Positions 39,689 to 53,516 of a DNA stretch of 64,000 bases are shown piece by piece. Origin of the DNA: Octopus bimaculoides (taxonomy: Eukaryota); contig NC_068990.1 in assembly GCF_001194135.2 (NCBI RefSeq), positions 4,152,502 through 4,216,501 of the forward strand, given 5' to 3'. The notes beneath the pieces are model-generated. The model searched no databases. It saw only the letters and a program-made list of their open reading frames with translations, and was not told the origin of the DNA. A program made the position numbers and the translations under genes. Within the stretch, counting starts at the first letter, position 1; every line of letters begins with the position of its first letter.

Positions 39689-40660
39689 GATGGGTTCTTT
39701 CAGTTTCCAGCTACCATATTCAGTTACAAGGTTTTGGTCAGCTTGAGACTAAAATAGAAGACTCTTGTGCAAAGTGTCATGCAGTGGGACTGAACTCAGA
39801 ACTATGATGTTGAGAAGCAAGCTTCTTATCACACAGCCACACCTGCATCTATAATCATTAATTTTCATATTTCTTTTGCTTACAGTGTTCATAATTATCT
39901 CCATTCACAGATATGGAAATAATTTGCTGTTGGTTTCGAGAACATGGTAGACTTCACATACTTTTTGTTCAGCTCTGTGTATATTGTATGTAAATGTATT
40001 CTAGTGATGTGACAGTATTTGTCTAGATGGATGAACAACCATATAGAGGCTTCATTATTGGCTTGAGATGGATTACATAGTTGAAAGAAGAGTATGTTCC
40101 ACCACAGATACTTTGCAAGTGATGTGACAGAATATTTGAATATCATCTATCAACACTTAGTCAAAATGTCTGCTTCTCTGTCAACTCAATCACCAGCAAC
40201 TGTATATTCAATAGCAATGTTTAATAAATAACAGCATTTAACACTTTTAAACAAAATTGGAGACATTTATATGGTTAACAGAAGAAATTCAAAGAAGAAC
40301 CATTTCTTATATTTCTCTCACTTTCAATCAATAGATTTTTCCAAATAAGACAGTGAGAAAACATGGAGTCACGAAAAACTTAGAAATTCATTTCACAATA
40401 TTAGCCAGAGGCATGTGATTAGAGAGTTGCGATACAATGAGAACATAGAATAAATCTGAGTTATAGTGCACCTTCTGATTGATATATTTTCTTATTATAT
40501 AATTTACTGCACTTCTCTTTTTATCAAAGTAATATTAATACAGCCCTGGGGTTTATTTATGTACAATTTATGTTAGATAGATTGAAACACCATACCAAGT
40601 TTATTTATATTAACAGAGTCCCTTGTACTTTAACACAAACACACACATGTATGTGCGCAT

Positions 40661-40701
<41 letters not shown>

Positions 40702-43700
40702 CATGACTGATTTATTTCTATTTTTCATGTCTTGTTAAAGGAAATCTAAGTCAAAGACACAGGAACACAGAGTTTACTTAAATAGCTGCACTGTCCATGT
40801 GATTAATTACTTGCTTGCTTGCTTGTTTATTTGCTTGGCTGGCTTGGTTGGTTGCTTGATTGGTTCTCTTTAAAATATATTTGCCCTTTTGTCAGAAGAC
40901 AGTGTCCATGGCCATTTGCAGGTAAACTACAAGTCTATTTGAGGGTAGACAGAATTGGCAGAGTCATTAAATCATTAGATGAAATACCTTGTGGTATTTA
41001 CTCTAGCTTCTGTTGTTCTGAGTTCAAATTCTGCTGCAGTCAATTTTGTGTCATTTTCCAAGTCAATAAAGTACCACAGAGAGAGAGGACCAGCCAAGAG
41101 CTATGAACTAGCAGAATCATTAGGAAATTTTTCTATGGACTAGGGGATCATGTACACAATAAAACTCAAATATACATTGTATAATATATATATAATGTAA
41201 ATATGAAACCTATTTCATACAAAAACACCCTGAAAGCTGCAATAAACATCATCATTTAACATCCGTTGTCCATGCTGGCATGGGTTGGACAGCTTAATCA
41301 GAACTGGCAAGCTGTGGAGCTGCACCAGACTCCAATCTGATTTGACATGGCTTTTGTGGCTGGACGCCCTTCCTAATGCCAACCACTTTACAGAGTGTGC
41401 TGGGTATTTTTTACATGGCACTGCATGGCTGCTTTTATGTGGCACCACATGGGCGCTTTTACATGGCAATAAAATAGAAATGAAATTAAAAAATATATTC
41501 TTGCAGTGTGACCAAATACTACATGGACCTGGTTCTGGTATGTCGTCCTGTAGTTAGGAACCCCTGCACTTCAAACTATGTGGCTTTGAATTGAATCACA
41601 CTGTAACACACACTTTGGCCAAGTGTTTTCTGTCATAATATCAAGTTAACCAAAACCTTGTGAGGGTAATTTGGTAGATGGGGACTTTGTAGAAACATGT
41701 CTAGAGAAAGTGTCCCAGATAATGGGTAGCAAACTTTATCTATTGCCTGGTTCCTGGGTACTGGATGACTTCAGCTGAGGTCAGTCTGTTGCAAATAATT
41801 GGATCAGGTCTTTAGTTTGAAGTTAATTTTTCCACCTTCCTCCACCAGTCCAGGTAACTCTGAAAAGAGTCATGGGCACGACTTTTATTCTTCCCTGTTT
41901 CTCTCTCTCTCTTCATGTGTCTTGCCCACAAGTATCACCGATTATATACCTCCATGCCAAAGTTCGACAATTCGTGATTTTTCTGGGAAAAGGTACAGCA
42001 GTGGCATCTTGAATCCTTCTGCTAGTTTATTTACAGTTTACTCTGCTAGTTTGCTGCTCCACTGAACTTATTGTTGCAGTACAGGGCCTGTTGAGGTAGA
42101 GTGGTTCATGTGACATCAGGTATATCCAAACACCAGTAGGCCAGAGTGATATGTTTAGAGGCAAGTCCCATGCCTGAGCCTGATATACCTTAGTCACAGG
42201 CCTATATGCTGTTAATTGATCCATACCCAAGACCTTTAACAAGTACTGGCTCACCAGCCAGAATACAACTGGAAACAGGGACAGCTAAAGGATGACTGTA
42301 TACACCTCTACACTCCTGAACTGGGTCTTAACCACTGGCTGCAGTTTGATATCTTCTCCAGAACATCTGACTAAGGCATTTTAAAACAAAAAACAATGAG
42401 AGATTGCGCTGCAATCTGAGTTCTAGTGATTGCATCAGAGTGGACTAATATAATAACCAGGCAGTATCTATCTTTTACTGGTTTCAGTCATTGGACTGTG
42501 GTCATGATTGGGCACCATCTCACTACTTATTTTTCCTTTAAGTCTATTACTTATTCTATCAGTTTCTTATGCTGAACTGTTAAGTTATGGGAGCATAAGC
42601 AAACTAACATCAGTTGTCAAGCAATGGTGATAAACATAGACACACACACATCTACAATAATAGATGTAAAATTCTGTCTATCCAACCATCTGGGACTCCC
42701 TGTATCTCAGTCTACATTTGCTCTACATAGACATGTTATACCTTTTTGGAATCAGGATGATCCTGGGATTGAAAATCTGCCCTTCGTTTGGTTTTCGAAT
42801 ATCCAGCATTGGGATCAGGTCTGGATGAAGATTTGTTATATGTTAACAGTGGAAAATTCATATTTTTTTAAATTTGAAATCCCAAAATTTGTGAACTTAC
42901 AAGTTTTACAATTAAACTAAATTTAAAGTAATACTATATTACTAGGGTACCAATAAATGCTTTATTATTATTATTGCACTTTTTAGTTTTGGGCCGCAGA
43001 CCCAATTAGCCCTCTGCAGGTGCTATCTTAAAAGTCCACATGGAGTACAGCTTTTAAGCCAGTGTATATATATACATACACACGCACACACAATGGTTTT
43101 CTGTCAGTTTCCATCTACCAAATCCATTCACATGACTTTGGTCAGACCAGGACTATAATAGAAGAAACTTGCCCTAGGTGCCATGCAGGGGGACTGAACC
43201 TGGAACTGTGTGGTTGGGAAGCAAACTTCTTACCACAAAGGTATGCCTGCACCTCTGTACAATTTATGTTTACCCAGTTTTACAAAGAAGTGTCTAGAAT
43301 TACTACATCACCTAAAGTGACCTTATATTACTCATTTGAGGAAATTTTGCCAGCTATTACTAACAGGTTAACTCACCACTTATGCTTTTTAGTCTTGATT
43401 ATGTTATTATTTACATGAGTGAAATGTTCTTACTCCATAATATCTGTTCACATCTGGCTTGTTTGTACCATTTAAAAAATTAATGTTTTAGTAACAGACG
43501 CAAATGCCATGCTGATAAAGAAGGCTAAAATTACTGAGATGTCATTCTCATATCTCCCAATGTATTACTGTTACTCAATTTGTTTTACTAACCCTAGACA
43601 AGTATTTCAAATATTCAGCATTTGATTCCTTTTGTTACAGAAATGATAATGCAAGAGCCAAAGACATTCGATCTGAGGATTTGAGCAAAGGCCATAGATA

Positions 43701-45020
43701 CAGGTCCTTCCACAAAATTTTTTTATTAAATTAATAAAGCCTCAATGAAACAGACCAATATTCCAAGGCATTCCAGCAGGGAACATTCCTTTTATCATTT
43801 GTACATTAGGGACAAAATTATCCAATATATATTTTTATCATCTTTTTTTTTTTTTTTTTTTGAGACAGGAGTGCAAGAAGAGTGTTATTTAAGTGAGATT
43901 AGATTTCTATATCTAGTAGAAAATCCTGTGCTGATGGAAAAACTTGTTAATTTGAGACAAAATTTTATCAGAAAGTCTTTAAAAGTCTTCATCTGACAGC
44001 TCAATCTTATCTCATCTTCTCAACTCATTAAGTTTGACATAAAGGAATTTATTGATTTTGTCCAAAAAATAAATAAATAAAGGTTGGTTAACTGATGTGT
44101 GATTTTTCAGTAAATTTAATTCAAAATATTTTTATGAATTCCACACATGATTTAAAAAAAAAAAAAAACGGGAAAAGAATATTGTCTGCAACTCTAAGAT
44201 TGCATTATTCAGTTTTCATGATGGTTTACACAACTATTTCTTTGTTGATAGGTTTAAAATCTCATCATTTCAATAATCCTATACTGTCTGATTAATCTTT
44301 TCTCTATCATCAGTTCCTAAAGTATTTTTGGGTTCTTTTTTTTTTTTAGTTTTTACTGCTTTTGAGTTTTCCTATTTTTTAATCATTTTTCCATGCAAGC
44401 TTGAACTAGATATTATTATTTATTTTTTACTTTTCATTTTTCTGTGTGCATTGATGTTTGGGTGGAGGCATGTGGTCTTATGGTTAGCGTGTTGGCTCAC
44501 AATAATAATCTTTTCTGCTATAGGCACAAGGCTTGAAATTTTGCAAGAGGGGGCTAGTTCATTACATTTGTCTGCATTTCTCAACTGGTACTTATTTCAT
44601 CGACCCCTAAAGGATAAAAGGCAAAGTTGACTTCAGCAGAATTTTAACTCAGAACATAAAGACAGATGAAATGCTGCTAAGCATTTCATTCAGTATGTCA
44701 GCTCACAACCAAGATCCCACTCTTAATTTGTATTTGTGTGAATGTCATTATAAAGAACATCCTGTAGGGAATAAGTTCCCCATAAATACAATCCATAAAA
44801 TGATTATTAACCTTTTTGTCACCAACTCATCTGAAACTGCTTCTGGCTTTATGACAGAAAAATCTATCATTTTAAAGCGTTCATACTTAGTTCAAAACAC
44901 TCCCAACATGATTTTATGGAAAATCTTTCACTGTCTTCGATTTATCAACTATCCTCCATTTATCACTATCTTCCAGTCATCAACAATTTTTTAGTATCTT
45001 TTAAATAAATTGAAACATAT

Positions 45021-45192
45021 AGGCACAGTAGTGGCTGTATTGTAAGAAGCTTGTTTCCAAACCACATGGTTCCAGGTTCAGTCACACTGCGTGGCACCTT
45101 GGGCGAGTGTCTTCTACTATAGCCTTGGGCCGACTAAAGCCTTGTGAGTGGATTTGGTTGACAGAAACTGAAAGAAACCCATCGTGTGTCTG

Positions 45193-45224
<32 letters not shown>

Positions 45225-45437
45225 CATGTATTTGTGTGTCTGTGTTTGTCCCCCACCATTGTTCTTGACAACCAATGTTGGTGTGTTTATGTCCCTGTAA
45301 TTTAGCAGTTCAGCAAAAGGATATCAATCGAATAAGTACTAGACTTACAAAGAATAAGTCCTGGGATCGATTTGTTCGACTAAAGGCAGTACTCCAGCAT
45401 GGCTGCAGTCAAATGACTGAAACAAGTAAAAGAATAA
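45021..45437 (+). mobile_element. tRNA-derived CORE-like SINE, family B, near full length
   Basis: tRNA-like head GTGGCTGTATTGTAAGAAG..GGTTCAGTC, CORE-like CACCTTGGGCGAGTGTCTTCTACTATAGCC, central (TG/TA)n and tail GAAACAAGTAAAAGA. Other copies at ~33460-33780, 39480-39850, 43080-43255, 48500-48720, 57000-57240 and 63255-63420. Confidence 0.8.
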
Positions 45438-47156
45438 ATGAAGACAGGTTTATGTTACTGTGAACATATTTAATACCTATGAAGGACTCTCTGTGTGTAG
45501 TCACTCAATCCGCAAGAAATAGCAGCCAAACTGCCTCAAGTCACACCTATCTCATAAAAAGAAGAAAGATATTGTCTAAGGTGGTCCTGTTGTCCTAGAT
45601 ACATCATGACTAAATAAAAACTGCAATGGTTATCGCTAGAATGCCCTCTCTTGTACATCACAATGACCTGGAACTAATCAACAACATTCAACAATGGAAA
45701 CAGATTTATATTTATTGTTTTTATCTTATCACATTGTCAGAGGAAGAGAGACAGCACCAACAACCTTTATATTGGACTCTGTAATTAGGGGGACAAAAGG
45801 TAAGGGTAAAAGAGTAAAGACTCCCTTCAGTCATGAGTGACCCTGGGATTGCACCTAGAAAGTTCCCCTCCAAAGCACAAGTCTTGGCAAAGTTGTTTAT
45901 GGAAGACCAACAGTTTCCCATACATATCAGCCTCCTCTCACCATGCCACTAATGTTATCCAAGGGATAAGGCAAAGGCCAATACAGCTTGGCACTAGTGA
46001 TGTCATGACTCATTTCCACAGCTGAGTGAACTGGAGCAATGTGAAATAAAATGTCTTGTTCAAGAACACAACAAACAGCCCTGTCTGAGAATTGAACTCA
46101 CTACCTCGTAATTGTGAGCCTGATGCTCTAACCACTGAGCCATGCAGGAAACTACTGTCAAATTATAGACCTGGCACCAATGTTGACACTACTAAAGGCA
46201 CCAAAGAAACATGTGATGGCTTAAATCAGGTGCTTACCAAGGAATGGTCTCTCTCTTACAGATTTCCACATAGTTACCATAAGACTTTGCTCAACCCAAG
46301 GCTATGGTTGAAGACATTTGCTTGAAGTGCTGTACAGTGAGACTGAACTTAAAACTACCAAGGTTCACAGCGAGGTTTTTAACCACATGCCATGGTTCTC
46401 TATCTATCTCACATTTCAATTCCTGCTGTGTGCAGGAATTGAAACTTTGTTAGGCTAGGGTTTCAATTCCTGCACTATGCCACATAACATGTCTTCTTTA
46501 GCAAGATACTTCAATCCATGTTGCTTCAGTCAACTAAGCTGAAAATGAATAGAAGCAACATCTTGTACAGGTTATCCTTGCAACAGACTGGTGCCCCATT
46601 CAGAAGGGTATCTTCTACTTTCATTTACTCAAATATCATGAAAACTGGGATAAACTCTAGCCTAATGGACCTGTAGGCTTCATATTAACAATCATGGTAG
46701 AATGAAAACATGGTTATGAAGTCAGCTTTGTAACTACGTGATTTTAAGTTCAATCTTACTGTGCAACTCTTCAGATGAATGTCTTCAACCATTGTCTTAG
46801 GTTGACCAATATCTTATATGAACTATGTGGAAGTTTGTTAGGGAGGTCATTCCTTAATTTTGTTTACTGTTGTATTGTAACAAGTCGTATTTGCCAATAA
46901 TAAATGGCTCTCAGTCAGTTTTAATGATGAGTATTCAGTTGTTCAGTCAACTGAGATACCTACTTATTGAATTAGCATGGGAATCAGGGAGTGGGTATTC
47001 TACAGTCATGTGAATACTTTACATAATCCTCAGGTAGAATCAGTGTTATACAGTGTATGACAAAACCAATCCCTTTGAATAATGAGTTCATCTGACAGGC
47101 TTCCACATAATTCCATCTACCTAATTTCACTCACAAGGTTTGTGTTAATCCACAAC

Positions 47157-47539
47157 TACCATATATGCTTGCAAATAGGTCACACACTTTTCACCAAAAG
47201 TTTTGATAAAAATCAGGAGTGTGACCTATCCACTCAACATTACAGGGATCGGAATTAGACAGCAGCGTATTAGTAGTCCAGGTGCACACCCTGGGCTTTT
47301 CAGTTTTGAAATCGTTATGGAAACATTTTTGTGACATTTATTTATTAGAAAGCGGAAACCAGAAGTTTGCATACTGGTCTTTTTGACAACATCGATTCAA
47401 ATATTAGTTATATTTATGGTAAAAAAAAGGGTCATGTAACTCCCCAAATTATAGAGTGACCTATCTGCAAGTCAACTGCAAATACCTACTTTGACAACCC
47501 CAAACTAAGATTGTGACCTATCTGCAAGTATATATGGTA
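47157..47539. mobile_element. TA-flanked MITE, pogo/Tigger-like
   Basis: 28-bp TIRs TACCATATATGCTTGCAAATAGGTCACA (47157-47184) and TGTGACCTATCTGCAAGTATATATGGTA (47512-47539), 2 mismatches. Internal GTGACCTATC subrepeats. Confidence 0.8.
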
Positions 47540-48981
47540 TTATAAAAGACAAAAGATATTTATCCAAAATAAAATGCTGAGAGATCATGCCTGGAACCTC
47601 CTGATTGTGAAGCAAACTTCTTAACCATTCAGCCATACTATAGCCAATAGTAAACACACACACACACACAGATTATAATTTTTCTTTCAATTCTTTATTA
47701 ATTAATTAATTAATTATTTAATTGATCAATTGGTTTTATTATATGCATCAAAGCATTTTATCACACCTCTGTGACCTGCTCATAGATAGATACATCAAAG
47801 TGAATAAAAGTATGAAAAGCAAAAACTGAATTTGTTGAAAGACTGCATTGGTATAGAATGAAAAATTAAAACATTTACAAGCCAACAAGAAAGCCTCTAC
47901 ATGGTCATTTGAGTATCCAGAAATAGGAGTCAAATCTTCCAATCACTTTACTGAGCTAAAAAAGAAAGAGACACAAATACCCTAAAAAGATACATACCCA
48001 CAAAAGATGGTATGGTAACAGCAGGAATGACTTTGATCACAGATCTACTTCGTCACAGCATACTTGGGTCTAAACAACAACAGCTAAAGACTCTATTCAT
48101 AGATACTAATAAACAGATCACATTGTGAGATGAAAGATTTTGATACAAATCATCATCATCATTGTTTTAATATCCTCATTTCCATGTTTGCAAGAGTCAG
48201 ATGGAATTTATTGAGACAACTTTTCTACAGTTGGATGCATTTCCTGTTGCCAACCCTTATTTGTTTTCCAAGTAAGTGTGCACTGGATGCTTTTCTTGCT
48301 CCACTGGTACTAGCGAGTTTAACATGCAGCTTACAGGTTTCATGTTAGTAGATGAGGGTTAAGGGATGAAAGAAGTTGGTGAGTCAGAATAGGTTCTTGT
48401 TTTAGGGAAGCTACATGACTACTCACATATAAGAAAGAGTCAGAAATAAATCGGTAGAAACTGCAAAAGGACCAACAGTGATGGATACAAGTATATATCT
48501 ATTTGTGTTTGTTATGTTTGGTCTCCCACCACCATTTGACTACCAGTTTTTGTTTGTTTACATCCCCATAACTTAGCAGTTTGCTAAAAATAACCAATAT
48601 AATGTGACGGGCTTAAATTAAATAATAAGTACTGGGGTTGATTTGTTTGACTAAAACCTTTCAATGTGGTGCCCTAGCATGACCACAGTCCAGTGACTGA
48701 AGCAAGTAAAAAATAAAACAAAATGATATGAAACATTCTAAACACAGAATTGAGATGGAAAATTGAATTAGTTAAAATAGCGGAAACAAATGATAGTGTC
48801 TACCTTGAGAAAATGGAATTGCAAGTGCTCTGTAATACAACCAGTTATGAGACCACCCACCTATATCCCTTCTCTACCCTTAAATTGTTGTTTCTCATGT
48901 CTAATATTTATTTTACATAAAAAAAATCTAGTGTTAATGAATAATCATTTATAATTTTCTAAATCAACATCAACCTCCTGC

Positions 48982-49085
48982 TCATCATCGTCTTCATTAT
49001 CATCTTCACCACCACCACCACCACCATCATCATCATTATCACAGTTACCACTATCATCATCATCACCACCATCACATCATTGTCA
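48982..49085. repeat. (CAT/CAC)n trinucleotide low-complexity tract
   Basis: Seen directly. Confidence 0.85.
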
Positions 49086-51723
49086 TAATTTTCATGTCCC
49101 ACTTTTCAATGCTAGCATGAATTTGATGAGATTTGTTGGGGTCGTATTCAACCACAGGATGCCTTTCCTGCAACCAACACTTACATATTTTACTTGTAGG
49201 GCATTTTTATTCTATTGGTCTTCATACACAGAAACTGATAAAACTGCTGAGCAACAGGGCATTCTGTTTACAGGATGTATAAATATAACAACTACTACAC
49301 AGAAATAAACACACTCACACACGATTACATGTGCACATCTGCACAACAGGCTTCTGTACAGTTTCCCACCACCAATTTCACTCACAAGGCATTGGTCAGT
49401 GTTCTATCCAGGGCCATAGTAGAAAAAACTTGCACAAAGTGCCACATTGTGAGATTGAACTCGAAACAACTTGATTACAAAGCAAACTTTGCAACTACAG
49501 ACTTGATATTTAATTTAAAATATATTTATGAGTTCCACAAACTAAAATTGAAAAGAATACTACCTGATATTATAAGATTGGACTATTCAGCTTGCAGGCT
49601 GGTTTTATATCAGTATTTCATAGTTGATAGGTTAAAAATTAGCTGTCTCCATAATCCTCTGCTTCCAACTGTAAATTGGTTGGTTATTAGAAGTTAAAAT
49701 GAAATAAATCTGCAGCTGTCAGTTTAATCTTTCTTCTTTTTTTTTCTTTCCCCTCACTCAGCTTGTAAAGAATGATTTAAAATAAAATATAAAATGATTT
49801 GTCCAAAATGGAGGTAGAATACTTGATTATTAGGAGGAAAAAGTAATTCTGTGTGGTTTCCAGTAAATTTAATTTAAAAACATATTTATGAATTCTACAC
49901 GTGAAAATTGAAAAATAAAATACTGCCTGCTAGTATGTGATTGTGCTATTTGGCTTTCAAGCCATTTTTTATATCAGCACTTCAGAGCTATAGCTGATAG
50001 GTTAAAAACTATCTGTTACCATAATCCCTTATTTCCAGCAATAAATTGATTGGTTATTCTTGACAGGCACGGATTCCATGCCAGTCAAGGATTAACTATT
50101 ATTCTTCAGCTTAACTATTCTTTCTTAGGGAGTAATGAAGATTTTCTGACAGGACCCAAAATTAAATATGTCTAAAAATCAAAGTCAGATTCATTACCAC
50201 CCACTGAAGCAAACTCTGTTATCACCCACTGAAGCAAATCCTGTTTAACAGCAAATTAAAGCTACATTATGCTATCATTAATCTTTATTTTCCTTTTATA
50301 ATTTATAATTCAGTGTTGCTGGATAGAAAGGGTTCTTTCTGTTTGCCTGCCTGTCTCACTGTCTGTCGGCGAGTATTGGTTCTTCTGAGAGAAAAAGGGA
50401 TGACTGTGTTTGTGATGTTCTTATTACTGCTATGCTGCTCTTAGTAATGCATCTGAGATAATTAAATACATGGATAAAAGGAGATAATTAGTACATTTAA
50501 TCGCCTATTTGAAGTAATGCAATATGTGTGATGTTTAAACAGTCCATCAACCATTGATGAGTGAATTTCGAATTCATTGCATATTTGTTTTGTTTGTATT
50601 TTTACTTGTTAATCTTTTCTCCTTTGTATAAAAGAAAAATTAAAACCTAATTTTATATTGAGTTTTATTTTTTTTAATACAAAATTTTACTTTAAAATGT
50701 TTTTAGGTCAGTTAGAAATCCTAAGGTGGAATTGTTTTTAGTGTAACATTTTAACCCCCCCCAGTTCAATTCTGATCAAGCAGGCATGCAATCAAAGGCA
50801 TTCCAGCCATGACCATTCGGTTTTCTTTCTTCTCTTTGTGTGTGCGTGTGACCTACTTGTTCAATATGTACTTAGTTATTTAAGACAGCAGGCACTGTTT
50901 TGAGGGAGATGTGGCTATTATTCTAGCATGTCTAGTGATCATACAGAAGCCCCTCATTAGTTTGTTACAACAGTAGATATTTACATAATTAAGAAAATCG
51001 GTTTCCTGTAGTTGGTAATTCAGGAGATATACCATCTTTTCTGGCCAAGCTAGATAAGCAACTGAAATTTGCATAAAAAAGCAGGAGAGAAGCAGGATTG
51101 CCAAATAGCTTTTAGAATTGCAATTCTGTTACTTTACAAGATTGTGTGTTGTCATTTCATTATAACTATCTGAGATGAGTTCTTAGTTTCTGGTTATTTT
51201 TTAGACTAATTAAATTTGTATTTTTCTCATTTACATGTACATAACATTTTGATAGGTCTGATCTCTTATTATTAGGCAGTGTATTCAGCTCGTGATCATA
51301 AGGCCATGAGTTCAATACCTGGCAGTACATTGTGTCCTTGAGGAAGACCCCGTATTTCACATTTTTGAGTCCACTCACATACCAAAAATGTGTTGTACTT
51401 GTATTTCAAGGGTCAGCCTTGTCACAATCTGTGTCATGCTGAATATCTCTGAGAACTACATTAAGGGTACACATGTCTATTGAAAACTCAGCCACCTGCA
51501 TTTTAGTTTCATGAGCAGGCTGTTCTATTGGTTGGATCAACTGAAACCCTCATCATCATAACTGGTGTGCCATTTAAAAAAAAAAAAATGATTACATGGT
51601 CTATTCTTTTAGAGGCATGGCTGTGCAGTGAGAAGTTTGCTTCCCAGCCACATGGTTCTGGGTGCGTGGCATCTTGGGCAAGTGGATTTGGTAGATGGAA
51701 ACTGTAAAAAGCCCACCGTATAT

Positions 51724-52118
51724 ACTCTTTATTCTTTTTACTCTTTTACTTGTTTCAGTCATTTGACTGTGGCCATGCTGGAGCACTGCCTTTAGTCGAG
51801 CAAATTGACCCCAGGACTTATTCTTTGTAAGCCTAGTACTTATTCTAACGGTCTGTTTTGCCGAACTGCTAAGTTACGGGGACGTAAACACACCAGCATC
51901 GGTTGTCAAGCGATGTTGGGGGTACAAACACAGACACACAAACACATATATATACATATACATATATACGACGGTCTTCTTTCAGTTTCCGTCTACCAAA
52001 TCCACTCACAAGGCTTTGGTTGGCCCGAGGCTATAATAGAAGACACTTGCCCAAAGTGCCATGCAGTGGGACTGAACCAGGAACCATGTGGTTGGTAAGC
52101 TAGCTACTTACCACACAA
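51724..52118 (-). mobile_element. Family B SINE, relatively young copy
   Basis: Reverse complement of the 45021-45437 family. Retains about ten CpGs despite lying in the CpG-poor domain. Confidence 0.85.
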
Positions 52119-53044
52119 GCAAAACATTCAAGCACTGAGATTTGAAATCAGATGTCACTACTGTTCATATCATCTATGGATAAATTTTAAAATTGATGAT
52201 ATCACCAGCAGTGATATAGGTGGATCACAGGTGCAATTGCATTAAATAGCTATAAATTATAAATTTGCACGAAGTGTAATGATGCTTAACAAGTATCTGC
52301 CTGCTAAAAATAAGAACTAAAGTCTTAAATTAATCCACCATACTGCACCAAGATAACAGAGAAAAACATTATGCAAGGAAAACAGAGTTTGACTTTGCCT
52401 TTCATCCTTTCGAGATTGATAAATTAAGTACCAGTTGCATACTGGAGTTGATCTAATCGACTAGCCCCCTCCCCCAAAATTCCGGGTTTTGTACCTAGAG
52501 TAGAAAAGAGTATCTCTAATACCCTGGATGTATTGAGTACAGCAAGGCACCATTTTTACTATTTTTCTTTTTTTACTGACTTATGTGCATACATCATAAA
52601 ATGATAAAAGAGAAATAACCAGTACATTTGTTTTGGGCAAATAACCCTATTTTAGACCTAATTACTTCTCTGAAACATTTCTCACAGAATTTACACCAAT
52701 TTCCCAAGTAGAATTGAAACACATTATTTTGAATTGGTCTGTTCAATTAAGATTTCATGAATTTTCGGGGAATAATAGCTTTCACTGGGAAACTGGGAAT
52801 AGAAAATGGATTTACTCTGCAAAATACCCACACATTCTAAAAACAGGAAAAATCACTTTAAAAATATCACTGAAACATCAATATCTACAATAAGCGTTTA
52901 TGTGTAGTTTGTGTGTAGACTATATTTGTTCAAATTTAGATTACTTCTTTTGGAATCATATCGCTTATAGAATCTGGTGATTGATTATGAATTACAAAAA
53001 TAATCAACAATTTGAAGGGATTTTGTAAAATGACATGTTTTCAA

Positions 53045-53516
53045 TAACCATTTATTATTTAGATTACTCTGTCAATGTAATGCATATTTATGCTAGTGAT
53101 TCTCAACCAGGGTCGACGTGGCCCTTGTGGGGTTCATATTAGATTTTGTTGTTAAAATTTATGTGTAATAAGTTGGTTAGATTTCTACAAATACACAAAG
53201 TATTTTAACAGTCTTTTAATACAATTCCCAATGATATTTAATCATAATTATGAAATGGGATTTTTTAAAATATTGAATGGCTATAGGGTTCCACTAGAAT
53301 AAAACAGGAATCAAGGGGTTCCATAACAAAAATGGTTGAAAACCACTGATTTTCACTCTCTTGAATTAATCATGCAATATCTTGTAACTTCAAGATTTTG
53401 ATGATACAATTGTGACAGTGTAGGGTAAGTGTAAGATGCCAGATCTGGTTGGTTAAAACATAAACCAAATAGAATATTTGAAACAGGTATGAGCAGTTTA
53501 AATGCTAAAGGGTTAA
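53045..53516. mobile_element. piggyBac-like MITE interrupted by a hAT MITE
   Basis: Ends AATGCTAAAGGGTTAA. Its body matches copies at ~35930-36150 and ~62830-63028 once 53094-53348 is removed. Confidence 0.5.
53094..53348. mobile_element. hAT/Charlie-like MITE
   Basis: TIRs TAGTGATTCTCAACC and GGTTGAAAACCACTG (CAGTG-type ends). The 8-bp flanks are only partly matching. Confidence 0.7.
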
